Source: the human T2T-CHM13v2.0 reference genome, Homo sapiens. From it: a stretch of 64,000 nt of DNA. The notes below the pieces were generated by a model. That model was given only the letters and a program-made list of their open reading frames with translations, was not told where the DNA came from and ran no database searches. The position numbers and the translations under genes are program-made. This document shows, in pieces, positions 38,150 through 50,844 of this stretch. Location: the NCBI RefSeq assembly GCF_009914755.1, contig NC_060931.1; one strand, written 5' to 3'. The number at the start of each line of letters is the position of its first letter. The first letter of the stretch is position 1.

Positions 38150-39600
38150 AACTCTACCCCAAAAAACTATTAGAACTAATACACAAATTCAGTAAAATTG
38201 CAGGATAAAAAATCAATATACAAAAACCTGCAGCATTTCTATACATGAACAACAAGGTAGCTAAAAATGAAATTAAGGAGGCAATGTCATTTACAATAAA
38301 TAAAAAATACAAACTTACCTGAGAATAAATTTAACCAAGGAGATGAAAGACATCTACAAGGAAAGCTACAAAATACTGATGAAAGAAATCAAAAAGAATA
38401 CAAACAAATGGAATGACATTCCATGCTCATAAATAGAAAGAATTGCTATTGTTAAAATGACCATACTACCCAAAGCAATCTATAGATTCAATATAATCCC
38501 TATCAAAATACCAATGTCATTCTTCACAGAAACAGAAAAAAAACCCTAAAATTTGTGGGGAGCCACAAAAGACCCCAAATAGCCAAAGCAATCCTGAGCA
38601 AAAAGAACAAAGCTGGAATCATCATACTACCAGGCTTCAAAGCTGTAGTAACCAAAATATCATGGTACTGGCAATAAAAACAGACACATAGACCAACGGA
38701 ACAGGATAGAGAGCCCAGAAATTAATCCGCATATCTACAGCAACTGATTTTTGACAAAAGTGCCAGGAATACTTGCTGGGGAAAGGACAGTCTCTTCATA
38801 AATGGTGTTGGGAAAACTGGATATCCGTATGCAGAATAATGAAACTAGACCCCCCTCTTACCCTATACAAAAACCAACTCAAAATGGATTGAAGACCTAA
38901 ATGTAAGATCTGAAACTATAAAACAATTAGGAGAAAACACAGGGGAAATGCTTCAGAACATTGGTCTGGGAAAAGATTTTCTTTAATAAGGCCTCAAAGG
39001 CATAGGCAACAAAAGCAAAAATAAGCATTATTATTTTAATTATTTATTATTAGTAAGGATTATAACTATTATATATGAACTATATATGATTATTAATAAG
39101 GATTATAATTAGGAAGGATTATATCAAACTAAAATTTTTCTGCACAGCAAAGGAAACAATCAACAGAGTGAAAAGATAATTACAGAAAGGGAGAAAATAT
39201 TTGCAAACTATTTATTTGGTAAGGGATTAATATTCAGAATATATGAGAAACTCAAACATCTCAGCAGCAAAAAAAATAAACAATCTGGTTTTAAAATGGG
39301 CAAATAATCTGAAGAGACATTTCTTAAAAGAAGATATACATATGGCCAAGAAATCTATGAAGAAATACTGAACATTACTAGTCATCAGGGAAATGGAAAT
39401 CAAAATCATTATGAGGTATCATCTTGCCCCAGTTAGGATGGCTATTATCAAAAAGACAAAAAATAACAAATGCTGGTAAGGATGCAGAGAAAGGAACTCT
39501 TATATACTGTTGGTAGGAATGTAAACTAGTACAGCCACAATGAAGAAGAGTATGGAGTTTCCTCAAAAAAACTACAAATGGAGCTGCCATATGATAATCC
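38150..39600 (+). mobile_element. L1MA-type ORF2 C-terminal fragment, disrupted
   Basis: Hand translation gives LLELIHKFSKIAG*KINIQK (from 38167) and YCW*ECKLVQP (about 39504), matching L1 ORF2p RT/C-terminal motifs with in-frame stops. Confidence 0.92.
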
Positions 39601-39604
39601 CTAC

Positions 39605-40290
39605 TCAGAAAGATTAACCTGTGTTCTCTACAGGGACCCAGAGGACTGGTATCTGGTCACATCTGAAAAAGCCTACATGGTCTGTGGCAGCAGGGTAAAC
39701 AACTACATCTAGGAAGTAACTTTCTATCAGCCCATTCAAGGCCTATGAGTCCTGGGGGTCTGAAGTGAAAACTAGTAGGAATGTTGGCTTGTGCATTCTG
39801 CCTGAGGTGGTGGAGTCCCAGGGGAAGAGGTTAGGGGGTGTCATAACAGGCGGGGAGACAATGAAGGGGATCAGGAGAGGCCAGCCAAAGGAGAGGTACT
39901 ATCAAAATCAGGGAGACTATTCAGAAAGGCCCAGGAAAACCTAGGAAAGCAACTTCAAGAGAAAGGTCTAGAGAACGTGATGCCATCTTAGGAAAACACT
40001 AGTTTCAGACACAGAAAGAAACAAACCACCAATCTTTGCTCCTTCCTGGGTCACTGAGGGAGCCGAAGAAATTCATGTCTGAATTGAGACTACTTGTGAC
40101 AAAGTCACCGCAAGATTTCTACCTGAGAGTGACCAGAAAAGTTGTGGTATTGTTCTGAATTTTCATGGAGGAACGGGGGAAAGCAACCCCATTGAACAGG
40201 TTTTAAAGGGACAGCAGGAAACAAAAATAAAATTGTCTTTCTGGTTCTGTCCCATGAGTACTGCTTGTTCAACTGATGGGTTATATACAG
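39605..40290 (+). mobile_element. Ancient LTR (LTR78-like, tentative)
   Basis: 3' end TTAAAGGGACAG...AATAAA...CCCATGAGTACTGCTTGTTCAAC...GGTTATA resembles the remembered LTR78 end. Confidence 0.45.
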
Positions 40291-40829
40291 ATGGGGTTAA
40301 GGAGCAAGGGGTTGTGGACAAGACAAGTTAGAAGAAGTTACCAGGCAAGTTATGGTATGTATTAAGTATTCTTTCATTTAAAATCAGCTACTAAATCCTT
40401 GTGGCTATTTCCAAAGGATCCAGTCCCTTCCAGAAACGAGGCCTTCTTAGGCGAATGACTTGATATTTGTGGTCCAGTTCTATGTCAGTTCACTCATTAG
40501 TATGCCGGGTACACCAACAGGACCTGCAATACCCACCCACTGAATTGACCAGCCTAAACATGATTAAGTGATAATCTTCCTAGATGGTCACTTTGGTGGC
40601 CAAGGTGACCAGACACACTCATCTATGATCCACCTATAAATTAGTTAGAATTCCAAGCTTCTTTTCTGTTTCTGGCCAGTAATTTCCAAGTGCAGTCAGC
40701 TGAGCTATGCAAACTCTACAATTCGACTGTTGGGCAGAGCTCCTGCTGAATGGGGAATGCTTCCTTATATCTCATGAATTAGAAGAGAATGGAGGCAGTT
40801 AGTGGCCACATCACATTTCATTTCTAAGT

Positions 40830-41118
40830 TTATTAATTAAACGACAACAAACAACTTCTGCTAGAGTCCAGGCAATAAAGTTTGTACTACAGAGGATACA
40901 AAGGTAAGACAATCTCTCCCCATAATGTATTAATCTTACAATAAAGAGGGCAAGATAATGGGGACCATCCCATTCCAAGAGGAAGGAAAGGCAGGGAGTG
41001 CAGAGAAGGGCTGGGATGACTCTCTGGGAAGTTGTGACATTTCAGCTGGACTTGTATGGGTAGCATTTTAATAAGAAGAGATCATGGGTGATGGCGGGGG
41101 CAGAAAAGGCCATTCCAA
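40830..41118 (-). mobile_element. L2 fragments
   Basis: GGATACAAAGGTAAGACA; GGAAGTTGTGACATTTCAGCTGGACTTG; GGCCATTCCA. Confidence 0.5.
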
Positions 41119-41364
41119 ATCCACCGGACTTGTCACCATGCCTGGTCTACCATGGGTCCTTTTCCTCCATGCTAAGATAGTGGAGATTAAAAAGTTTCAT
41201 TTCCTGTGCAAAGTCTGTTCTATTTAGGGGTTGTCTGTAGTGCTCTTTAATTGGAGGTGGGCAAGTACAAGGAGTGTTCTGGACAATTAACACCAATAGA
41301 ATAGCCTGGGGGTATAGGCGCCTAGTGGGAATCTCTGCTTTTCTCTGTGGGCTGTTGTTATATA

Positions 41365-41525
41365 TGGATTCTTAATTTAGGTCCATGGATGGGTATGGAG
41401 GGTCATGAATTTTTGAAATTGAAAGCAGATTTTTAAATATTTTGGTAGATTCGGGGGATACTGGGCCAGAGATTTCACCAAATTCCTCACAGAGATCCAT
41501 GACCAGGAAAGGTTTAAATCACATA
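41365..41525. mobile_element. MER103-like hAT MITE
   Basis: TTCTTAATTTAGGTCCATGGATGGG ... AGAGATCCATGACCAGGAAAGGTTTAAATCAC. Confidence 0.6.
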
Positions 41526-41528
41526 GCT

Positions 41529-41593
41529 AAAAAAAAAACAGCAAAAAAAATACAAAAAAAAAAAAAAAAAACAGAAGAAGAAGAAAACAAAAC
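41529..41593. repeat. A-rich low-complexity tract
   Basis: interrupted poly(A) plus (GAA)n. Confidence 0.85.
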
Positions 41594-42281
41594 AATGTCA
41601 AATTAGGTTGACTTGAATAAAATAATTACAGTAGAGGAGGAGCGTGTTAGGTCCTTTTTGACTTAGAAATGTCACAGACTCAGAATATTCCCTTCCAGAG
41701 CATGACCAGGGCACTAACCTCAGAAGGTCTGGTCTATCTAGGAAAGATGGAACTCTACCAAACGCAGGGATGGAAGTAGGAAAAATAAACAGAATAGTTT
41801 TCTCATTTTCAGCGTTGCCACTGTTAATCCTGTGCTTTTTGACTTTGCTTTCTAATGGTAGAGCAGGGTCATCTCCACCAGTGGATATAGCTTGAGGCCA
41901 CTGGAAGTCCTACCAGCCCCCAGTTGTCTTCCTTTGGACTTGCCACAATGACTAGGATCACAGGGGAGATCCTGCTTTGTTCTAAGGCAGTGATAACAAG
42001 AAAGCTTCAACTCACAGAACTGTGCTCTGTTTTTTTGTGGTTGTCTGTAGTGCTATATAAAGATGGATTCTAGACCAAGACTGGGCTGGAGGTAAGATTT
42101 GCCTTGTCTGTTTAAAACAATTCTCTCCAAACACTCCTCCTAAAACCCAAGTGCTTTCTGGGGAAAGTAGACAATGATTCCCTTAGTTTTATGTGAATAA
42201 GGATTGATTGGTTTGAATAGCAGTTTCTCACAACGCCCTGAGGGTGAAGCCCAGGAGGGCCTGAGCTCTGGCAGAGAATGT

Positions 42282-42350
42282 AGAGGAGAGGGGGAGAGGG
42301 AGAGAGAAAGGGCAAGGGGAGAGAGAGAGAGAGAGGCAGAGAGAAGAGAG
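42282..42350. repeat. GA-rich polypurine tract
   Basis: AGAGGAGAGGGGGAGAGGGAGAGAGAAAGGG...GAGAGAGAGAGAGAGG. Confidence 0.85.
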
Positions 42351-42713
42351 TCAGGATGCACTTGGGGATACTCTGGGAGGAGGAGAGCATTTAACACTCA
42401 TCCTTGTCAATCATGACATGCAACCAAGACAAATATTAGAAACTAAGGATTTGGTCAGTGAGGATTTCCTGACTGTTGTTAGAAACATAAATGGGCACAG
42501 GGCTGCTAGCCTCTCCTTAAAAATTATTTGCTGGGCAAAACCTCACCATGAATCACTACCGCAGCAAACAGCTCCAAGAACTCAGAAGGAATGCTCACAT
42601 GTCCTTCATATAGGTAACTGCTCCGAGGGCATGCTCTGTAATTTCTGCACATTAAAACCTATGGGAAGCTTTTCAAAGATCCCAATGCCTGCCTCCTCCC
42701 ATGCAACTTAACA

Positions 42714-42883
42714 CAGTGATTCTTAACCCTGGCTACGCATTGGAACTTCCTGGGGAGCTTTTTAAATTATTGATGCCCAGATTCCTCTTGAGAGATTCTA
42801 ATTTAGTGGGTCTAGGGTGCAGCCTGGGCTGTTTAACAGCCCCCTGGGTAATTCTAAGGTGCAGCCAAGGTTAAGAACCACTG
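42714..42883. mobile_element. MER5B-like MITE, complete, inside another MER5 (about 42625-42975)
   Basis: TIRs CAGTGATTCTTAACCCTGGCT / AGCCAAGGTTAAGAACCACTG. Confidence 0.85.
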
Positions 42884-45224
42884 CTGAGGAAAAATCTGGC
42901 AGAGAGAGATTCTGATTCAGGAGGTCTGGGGTGGGGACCCAGGAATTTATATTGAAACAACCTTTCCAAAGGAGCAGACTATCTCTACATGGTACAAAAA
43001 CATTAATTTGTCGATACAGGAAAAGCAGATCAATCTGATTATCTGGCTTTGTGTAGATATAACACCTGGTTGACTAGTTGAATTTTCTCCTTTTCAAGTA
43101 ATTAATATCGTATTCAAAGAGCCGTCACACACTATCAACTTGGGCGTTTTGATTGAATTGACTGCTCCATCCCATCAGTGCCGATCATGTCATCACTCTG
43201 CATCCTTAGGCGGAGCACAGTGCCTGGCACACAGAGGACAATCAAATATTACGGGGAGCAAAGCCAGTAATTACCTAGGGATCTTTTAAAACAATCTCTC
43301 AGTCCTATCCTAGACTAAATAAATAGAAAAATTTGGTATGGGCCAGGAATTAGACCCATCAACTATGAATGAAGAGGTGTGTTTTTTAGCCAAAATAACC
43401 AAACTAGTGTGTGTAAACTCCATCTCTCTCTTTCTCCGATGTTGCGCTCTTCTTCTTCAAGTGGGGGAGGAGAAGCCTCTGGTAGCCTGGCAGATGGGGT
43501 ACTGCATAAGCCTCTCTCTCCTTATCTTCCTTTCCTAAACTAATCTCCTAAATGAACATGTCATATCCAGGGAGTTTTAGGGCTTGGGAATTTGCAGCTC
43601 TCTGAAAAATCCTTCCTTGGCTGACCAGTGGGCTCCTAAGGGGAAATCCCTTAGCATGTCCACAGGCTGGCTGAATAGCACCCCAGAAAAATTGAGCCTG
43701 GTGGATCTTCTAAAACAGCAGCAACCAATAATGCCTAGCATACCTGCAGCAAATTTCACTGCTGGGGACAGACGAGCCATGAAATGCTTCACGGTCAGTC
43801 CTGGCCATGGGGCCAGGCAAGTCAGTGGCCCTGTGAGCCAGTCAGTGCTGGACGTCATCACACCCTCGGGCCTTCTTCCACAGTCCTGTGGATGTTTACG
43901 GTGAGGCTTGGTGTTCCCAGATGTGCTTGCTCAGATGTTTCTTTGGGTTTTGCTAATTATGACTTTATTGAGAAAATAAGACCTCATCCTAAGATCTTTA
44001 ATTCTCTTAAAACATTTTAGACAGAAATTTGATACTTGAAGGCTTTGCTTTATGCAATGTTGTGATCTTTTTGTTGGTTTTCCATATATTCTTTGCAAAG
44101 AAATTGGTCATTTACATTTAGGAAAAATCTGCTCCATTCTGAGAAGCCCTGCATACCACGGGAGAAGCTGCTGTGGCTCTCCCTGTCTGACTCTCTTTCC
44201 TCGGCCCAGGCTGACACCAGAACAGCAGAACCTGATGTTCACACGGGGAAATGCTTCTAGGCCACATAGTCAATAGCTGCACCCCCAGGTACTGCACTGT
44301 GCAACTGCTCTGGCTACCCTCAATCTTCCCTATAGTATAAAGGAGTACACCTGGTTCAATAGGGGGCCCCTAAGACCTGCTCCAGGGCAAGTTTCATTGA
44401 TTTGGATTGGTCGGTGCCTGTGCTGGACTGGTAAATATCATGACTAGCATCCCTGCCCACTTCATTCCTCCATCCAGACCCGGAGCCATCTGACCACCAC
44501 CTTCCACTCAACACTGTCCTGTGCTCTGGGATAATCCCATCCAGGAGATGCAGGGATTTCCAATATTTTGTCCAGCCCTCTCGAAATCAGTATCAGCTCA
44601 CACTTGTTCCCAGCCCAGCTCTGATCTTGCAGTCCAGCTCTAGCAACTAACTTTCAGTCTTGTTTCTGAAGCCAAGTTCCCACACTGTGTTCCTGCCCAG
44701 CCAGCTCCCAGAGCGGGGGTGTACCCAGTGGATGTGCTTGCCTGGGGAACTTGGCTGAGTTTGGGTGCTTCACAGCCCACCACACACCTAGAAGGGAACA
44801 GAGATTTTCTCTGGTCAGCAAGAGTTAGTATGGGATGAAGAGGGATGTGAATATTGGTAAGGAAGGGGTCAGAGTAGGGAGATGGAGGAACAAGGAGCAA
44901 GGGAGCAGGTGTGGGGGCTGGCACAGTGGGGCTCGGGGCATGAGCTCAGAAGTGAGACTGTGGACAGAGAAAGGATGCCACTTGTGGGTGGGGCTAGCCT
45001 TGCAGTGGACAGGTGCACTTGGAGGAGTTAAGGAAATCCAGTCCCAGTTACTGAATCCTCACCTGGGCCCTTGTGCCAACTCCCTGCCTTGGTGAGCTGC
45101 TTGGCCGCATTCCCTGCTAGAGGTTGGGTTCACTCCTTCCTGTCAGTCACCCCTGTTTTGGTCCTGGGGTCCAGCTCAGGAACCCACCCTGACATCTGGA
45201 ACCTGTTTTCTAAAACACACTTCC

Positions 45225-45845
45225 TAGATAGCAAGAGGTACAGCAAGTGCAAAAGCCTAGGGGTAAGCATGCACTTGGCACCTTCAAGGAAAGACTGGAA
45301 TAGAATGATCCAGGGCAAGGGATGAGAAATGAGATAGAAGAGGTAGTCGAGGTAACACTGCATGGAGCCTGCTGTGGTTTAGATACAGTTTGTCTCCACC
45401 AAAACTCATGTTGAAAACTTGATTCCCAATGTCGTGTTGGGAGGTGAGGCCTAACGGGAAGTATTTGGGCTACAGGGGTGGATCCTTCATGAAGGTCTTG
45501 GTGCTGTTCTTGCTGTGGTGAGTTCTTGCTCTCATAAGACTGTATTAGTTTCCAGGGAAATGGATTTATTCCCATGATATTGGGTTGTTATAAAGCCAGG
45601 ATGCCATCGTCCTCTCTTCGCATGCATCCACTTCTCCTTTGACCATCTCCTACCACGTCGTGATGCTGCATAAAAGCTCTCACCGGAAGCTAGGGGCATG
45701 CCCTTAAACTTCTTAGCCTGTAGAACCACAAGCTAAGTAAACCTCTTTTCTTTAAAAATGTTCAGTCTCAGGTACTCTTCTATAGCAACACAAAATGGAC
45801 TAAGATAAGGAATCTGGATTTTACTTTGAGGGAAATGAAGAAGAT
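45225..45845 (-). mobile_element. L2 fragment split by an MST LTR
   Basis: ACAGCAAGTGCAAAAGCCTAGGG...; resumes AGGAATCTGGATTTTACTTTGAG. Confidence 0.65.
45370..45807 (+). mobile_element. MSTC-like MaLR solo LTR
   Basis: TGCTGTGGTTTAGATA...CACCAAAACTCATGTTGAAA ... TATAGCAACACAAAATGGACTAAGATA. Confidence 0.88.
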
Positions 45846-46695
45846 AATTGCTATTTTTAAAAACTCACAACACTTGCAATCTAAACAGCTAAGATGATGA
45901 GAGATGGGCAGAAAGAAACTGGTCAGGAAAACTGGGATGCAGTCCTGGTTCTATCCATCTTTGTAACCAAAGCATGATGCAAAGTTCTGTTTCCCCTACA
46001 CCTGCCTCAGAGTCCTTCCACCTAGAAGCATCCCCATCCCTGGAAGAATGCCCTGGTCCTTCCCTTCTGTCTGCTTTGCCTATGGGCAGTTAGGTCTTGC
46101 CTTAAGTCATCAAGTATAAAAAATGTTCATGTCCCTCTTCTCCTTAGCCTGGAGAAAGGGAAAAGAAAGAACCAACAATAGCCCTGGTTAGTAAAGCCTC
46201 TTAGGATATGCACTTTGTGTGGAGAAGGGGAGGCAAGGAGTGGGTACCAAGAATGGGAAGACACCGCTACCTTTAGATGGAGGGGAACCAAGAAACTAGC
46301 CTGGAAGGACCATTTTCTCTACATTTTCTCCGTCTGTCATCTCTGCCTGTACCCACCACCATGTGCTCCATGTGTTGAAGACTTGGTTCATGACCTATTG
46401 TCAAATGCAGTGTCTCTCACTTTGTTCATGACAGGGAACCCCGGCCTGATTCCATAGAATATGCACTGGCCGTGTCTGTATATCCTTCCTAGCTACCCAT
46501 ACTCTGCACTGTACTGTGTGATAACTTTACCTTAGACCTCATCTGGCCCAGAAGCAGGTGATACAGTTATGGTCAAGATTCTAAAAGGTCCTTGTAATCT
46601 AGTTATAACTAATGTAGCCCTAAGAATAACCTTCTGTATAGCAAACTTCTGTACAACATATCCAAAATCAGTACATTTAAAAGACAGCTTGGAAA

Positions 46696-46715
46696 GTGTG
46701 TGTGTGTGTGTGTGT
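46696..46715. repeat. (GT)10
   Basis: read directly from sequence. Confidence 0.9.
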
Positions 46716-46744
46716 ATCAACACATATATGTCGAAGTCCTCAAT

Positions 46745-47450
46745 AAAAAAATGGGTAAAGGACACAAAAGACAAGCAATAAAAGAAATACAAATGATTGA
46801 AACCCTTCAAAACCTCAGCCTTCCCAGAATTTAAAGAAATGTAGGTTAGAATATTGAGAGTAGCCAGTGAACACAGACAGTAGCCAGTGTTATTTAGAAA
46901 GTGGGAAACAGACTCTCTCATACGTTACTGATGGCAATATAAACTGATAGGACCTTTCTGCAGGGGAATCTAGCAATAGGTAACAAAATTTTAAAAAGCT
47001 GTTCCATAACACAACAACTTCACTTCCAGAAACTTATTCTTAAGAAATAATTGGACAACTCCGCAAGGACATATGTACAAGGATTTACAGGAAAAGCAAG
47101 CCAAACCTCCACCATAGAAAACTGGCTAAATAAATTATGCTACATGCATACTGTGGGATATTCTTTAGCCACCCAAAATAATGTAAAGCAGCATTTGTTG
47201 ACATGGAAATGAGCGTACAATACATGAAGTATGAAAGCTAGATTACAAAAGCATGCAATGTATGATATAATTTTTGGATACTCTATCTGCATTTCTGCAT
47301 AAAAAGTCTGGAAAAAATATGTATACCAAAACTAAGTCATTATTTGTTTCCAGTGGATTACAGGATTTTGTTTAATTTTTACTTTTTAATATTTTTCTGT
47401 ATTTCTTTGAATTTTAAATAATGAACAGTAGTGACTTTTAAAATCAGATA
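46745..47450 (+). mobile_element. Old L1 (L1ME/MC) 3' region
   Basis: AAATGGGTAAAGGACA; GGAAACAGACTCTCTCATACGTTACTGATGG; AATAAATTATGCTACATGCATAC. Confidence 0.75.
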
Positions 47451-47589
47451 AGACTGGTAATGTTGAAATGCCCTGGCAAGTGAAATGAAATACTCATCAG
47501 CAGATCTCAGTAGAAAGGAAATCTCCTTTCTCTTCCATTCCCACCCAGCAGCCAATCCATCATGCCATACTTCGGATAGGATTACACTT

Positions 47590-47800
47590 CAACTGTCTCA
47601 GGCAGATGAGCATCTATTCTATTTTTAAAAGCTTCCAGAGAAAGAGGCTTCAAAATTTCCCTGGGAAATCCATTCCAGGGTTTATCAAATCCATCTGAAA
47701 GAGAAATTTCTCCTTATGCCTAATCCGAAACACCTGTGCTGTGATTTAAGCCATTGCTTTTCTCCTGTAACTTGCAGTGAAAGTAGGAAATGGTGACTGC
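47590..47800 (-). mobile_element. L3/CR1 fragment
   Basis: CCCTGGGAAATCCATTCCAGGGTTT...TTTCTCCTTATGCCTAATCCGAA...GCTGTGATTTAAGCCATT. Confidence 0.65.
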
Positions 47801-48479
47801 CATTTGTCCTAATCAAGAGCAATTGTTTTCCAGAATATCTGAAATGATATACATCCTGCAAGTTAAATATACATGCATGCATACACACACACACTCTCAG
47901 GACTCTCTACACAGGCAAGATCATATAAGCAAACATTAAATTCTGGGCCTGAAGGTTAATGGAAGTTGCCATGTAGAAAGCCCACCTAGGCTGTTCTGAA
48001 GCACAGAATTACAGCCAGAGCTTGTTCGTCTCACTCATTTCAGTGGTGGCAACATCAGGAACGCACCCTTGAGCAGGAACGAGAGCTATGGATGTTGCAG
48101 GAAGCTATCTCAGACTGGTCTAGTTGATAAGGAGGTATACCACTCCCAAGCCTTGAAAAAATGGAAGAGAACAATGGTTTGTTGGCGCTATTGGCCAGTG
48201 TGAAGGACGCATTGTGTCAGAAGCCTTTTTATCTCTGTGTCCTGCAACTGCTCCTCTGTCCCTCTCTCCCCTTCTCTTCCTGGTGTTCCCTACCTCCCCA
48301 CTTCAGACTTCTTTCCTTCATCCTCTCCTGCTCAACATGTTGTCCTCAATGCCATCTCAGCTAATGTGTGTTGTCTGTATGCTATGTGCTAGTCACTATT
48401 CTAAGAATGCCACATGTCCTCATCTAATTCTCCCATCCACCCTGTGAGGTGGATGGACACCATCATCTCTGTTTAAAGT

Positions 48480-49074
48480 GGTCTCATCCAAGAACTCGCT
48501 GCTCTACTCACTGGGCACCAGATGGTCTCCAGAATTACCCTCTGAAGCCACAGGGAGTTTTCCTGTCCCTAGAGGGGTGGGTGGGGAAATGTGCCCAGGA
48601 GCCTGCCATGACTAGGGACCGAGGGAGTTGAGCAGAGTGGAGTGGCGGAGACACCACAGGCTTTGGAACCTGGAACAAATGCTGTCATAACCCCACCTAT
48701 ATCCCTTAGACATTCATGTATAAGAGATAACCTCCAGTCACCAGAGTCTACAGCTCTGAGCCTGAGGGCTTTTGCTCCCCAAGCCAGGAAGCCACTGTGA
48801 CCCTGGGGCAGCCCTCCACCACTGACTCTCAGATGTTGGCATAAAAATACCCCAGCTGCCTCAGCACTTGAGTGGAATAATTCTGGGATATGAGTTTTAT
48901 ACTGTTTCGCTTGGGACTTCGGCACAGTTGTATGTAGCTGATACAAGCAGCTGATATAACAATGCATCCTTTCCTGGCTGCCTTTCTTTCCTGAGTCACT
49001 TCCCACTGCTCAAGAAACTGCCTCCACTTGAATCATTATCTCAGGGTGTCCTCCCGGGAAAACCTAACTAAGAG
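48480..49074 (+). mobile_element. LTR16-family (ERVL) LTR; 5' boundary uncertain
   Basis: CCAGGAAG...GGGGCAGCCCT...ATAAAAATACCCCAGCT...; end CTTGAATCATTATCTCAGGGTGTC...AACCTAACTAAGAG. Confidence 0.65.
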
Positions 49075-49621
49075 TCTATGACAGACTTGGTTTGAATTTT
49101 GGCTCCCATGCTTTCATTCCATATGACATTTGACACGCTTTAACTCTCAGAATATTGGGGTGAGGTGTTACAGAGTTAAATTTCTTTGCATTTGAAGTCC
49201 TGGTAAATAGGCAGTCAAGAAATGACCATTCTTACTGTTGCTGGGAAAGTGATGCTGTTGCTATATGGTAGCTCTTCCTTTTCTAAACAGGAATGAAAAA
49301 TATCTCCCCTCCTAACACTTCTGGAAACAACCCCAAGGGCTTGTACCTGGCTGCTCTCCAGCATCGTGCCAGGAAAGTGAAAAGCAAATGTGACCCACTG
49401 TGAAATCTTGCTATCAGATGCGTTCCTCAGAGTTCAGTTTCCATTTCAAAGAAATAAAATTGCCAGTAACTTTCAAAGAATGAGTTCTCTCAAATTGTTG
49501 CATCTACTTGATAATTAAGAGATGCAAATTCCTTCCTTGGGTAGAGTCTTTTAATGTTGTCAGAATATTTCCATCCAACACTTTATAAACACATTTGATT
49601 ATCATGTCTGATCCTCGTGTC

Positions 49622-49978
49622 GGGATAGGCTAGGTTAGGCTCCGTAACAACCAACACAATCTCAGTGGATTAGCACAACACATATGGACTTTTTGTTTGC
49701 TCTCTCATGAGTCCGCTGGGGGATCCACTCATCTGCCCTGCCGGATCCATGTTGACAGAGCAGCCGTCACCTGCAGCATGGCTGTTCATTGTGACAGAGG
49801 GAAAGGGCACTGGGTGGTGTTCTGCATGAGCAATCCAATGCTGTGCTCCAAAGCCTCGTTCTCATTTCCTCTCATGTTACTGGCAGGATCTGTCACAAGG
49901 TCAGGAAGTTGATCCTACCATGTACCTGGAAGGCAGACAGCAAGAAAGAGTTGATGTATAGAAGTAGTGACTATCACT
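49622..49978 (-). mobile_element. Old MaLR LTR (MLT1J-like) nested in a MIR
   Basis: CTAGGTTAGGCTCCGTAACAA...ATCTCAGTGGATTAGCACAACA; TCCTACCATGTACCTGGAAGG. Confidence 0.65.
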
Positions 49979-50574
49979 ATATTAATTTGCGTCCATTTTA
50001 TTATGGAAAACATGAGAAATTGCAAGTATACACGCTTTTCTAAAGTCACCAGGGAGTCAGGGCAAAGCTAGGCCTAGAATTCTGGCGTGGTCTTTCCTCG
50101 GGCCTAGAATTCCGGTGTGGTCTTTCTCCCTGAAATATCTAAAGAAGACTACATTGTGGGGCAATGAGAGTCCCACCCCATTACTATCTCTCTCTCAAAC
50201 ACAACAAACTTAAATTGTCTTCATAATTGTTCTGTTGACTGGCAAGCTCAGGGGCAAGGATTGACTGATCAATGATGGTGACTCACTGGCTGAACTTGTG
50301 AATTGGGTAACAAAAGGATCTTTTAAACAGTAGGCACAGTAAAAGAAAGTGTGTAAAAGTGGCTTCTCCCTCTGGCCTACTATCTTGTCCCTAGAACCAG
50401 ATGGTGTCCTCCAGCCTGGGGGATGATAAAGCACTCAGCCCATATCCTCAATCCATGGTGTTCTCCCTTGGATTGTTGAAGTTTCCACCCAATAGTATCC
50501 CACAGCCTGCTCATATCAACCTGTAAGAACCAATCATATGCATCTTTTCTCAGCTTCACATTCAGGGAAGTCAC

Positions 50575-50693
50575 AGGGGTGGCTTGAAGTCAGCCATGGC
50601 AGGAGTAATTACACCAGAGCAATTGGTGAAGCTACAAATCCGGCTTTGTTCTTCCAGAGAGCTGGTTATTAAAACTTTCCCGGCATATCATGG
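50575..50693. mobile_element. MER63A-like hAT MITE
   Basis: GCTTGAAGTCAGCCATGGCAGGAGTAATTACACCA...GAGAGCTGGTTATTAAAACTTT. Confidence 0.6.
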
Positions 50694-50844
50694 CTTCTGC
50701 TCTCAGTTCTTCACATAAGATTGATTTTTCCTTCATGCTCTTGCATGGCTTGTAGGCATACCTGGATCCTTGAGGACTTGAGAGCTTCTCTGAGAAGGAG
50801 GGCTCTGCCTCAACCCTTTTTAAAGTTCTTCTCTTCCTGGGCAC

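Noticed and set aside
39227-39590. Minus-strand ORFs of 60-70 aa
   Set aside because: Antisense frames of the dead L1 ORF2
43577-43910. 106-aa and 94-aa overlapping ORFs with a donor-like ACG|GTGAGG at 43901
   Set aside because: No recognisable homology and only a weak acceptor; not supportable as an exon from sequence alone
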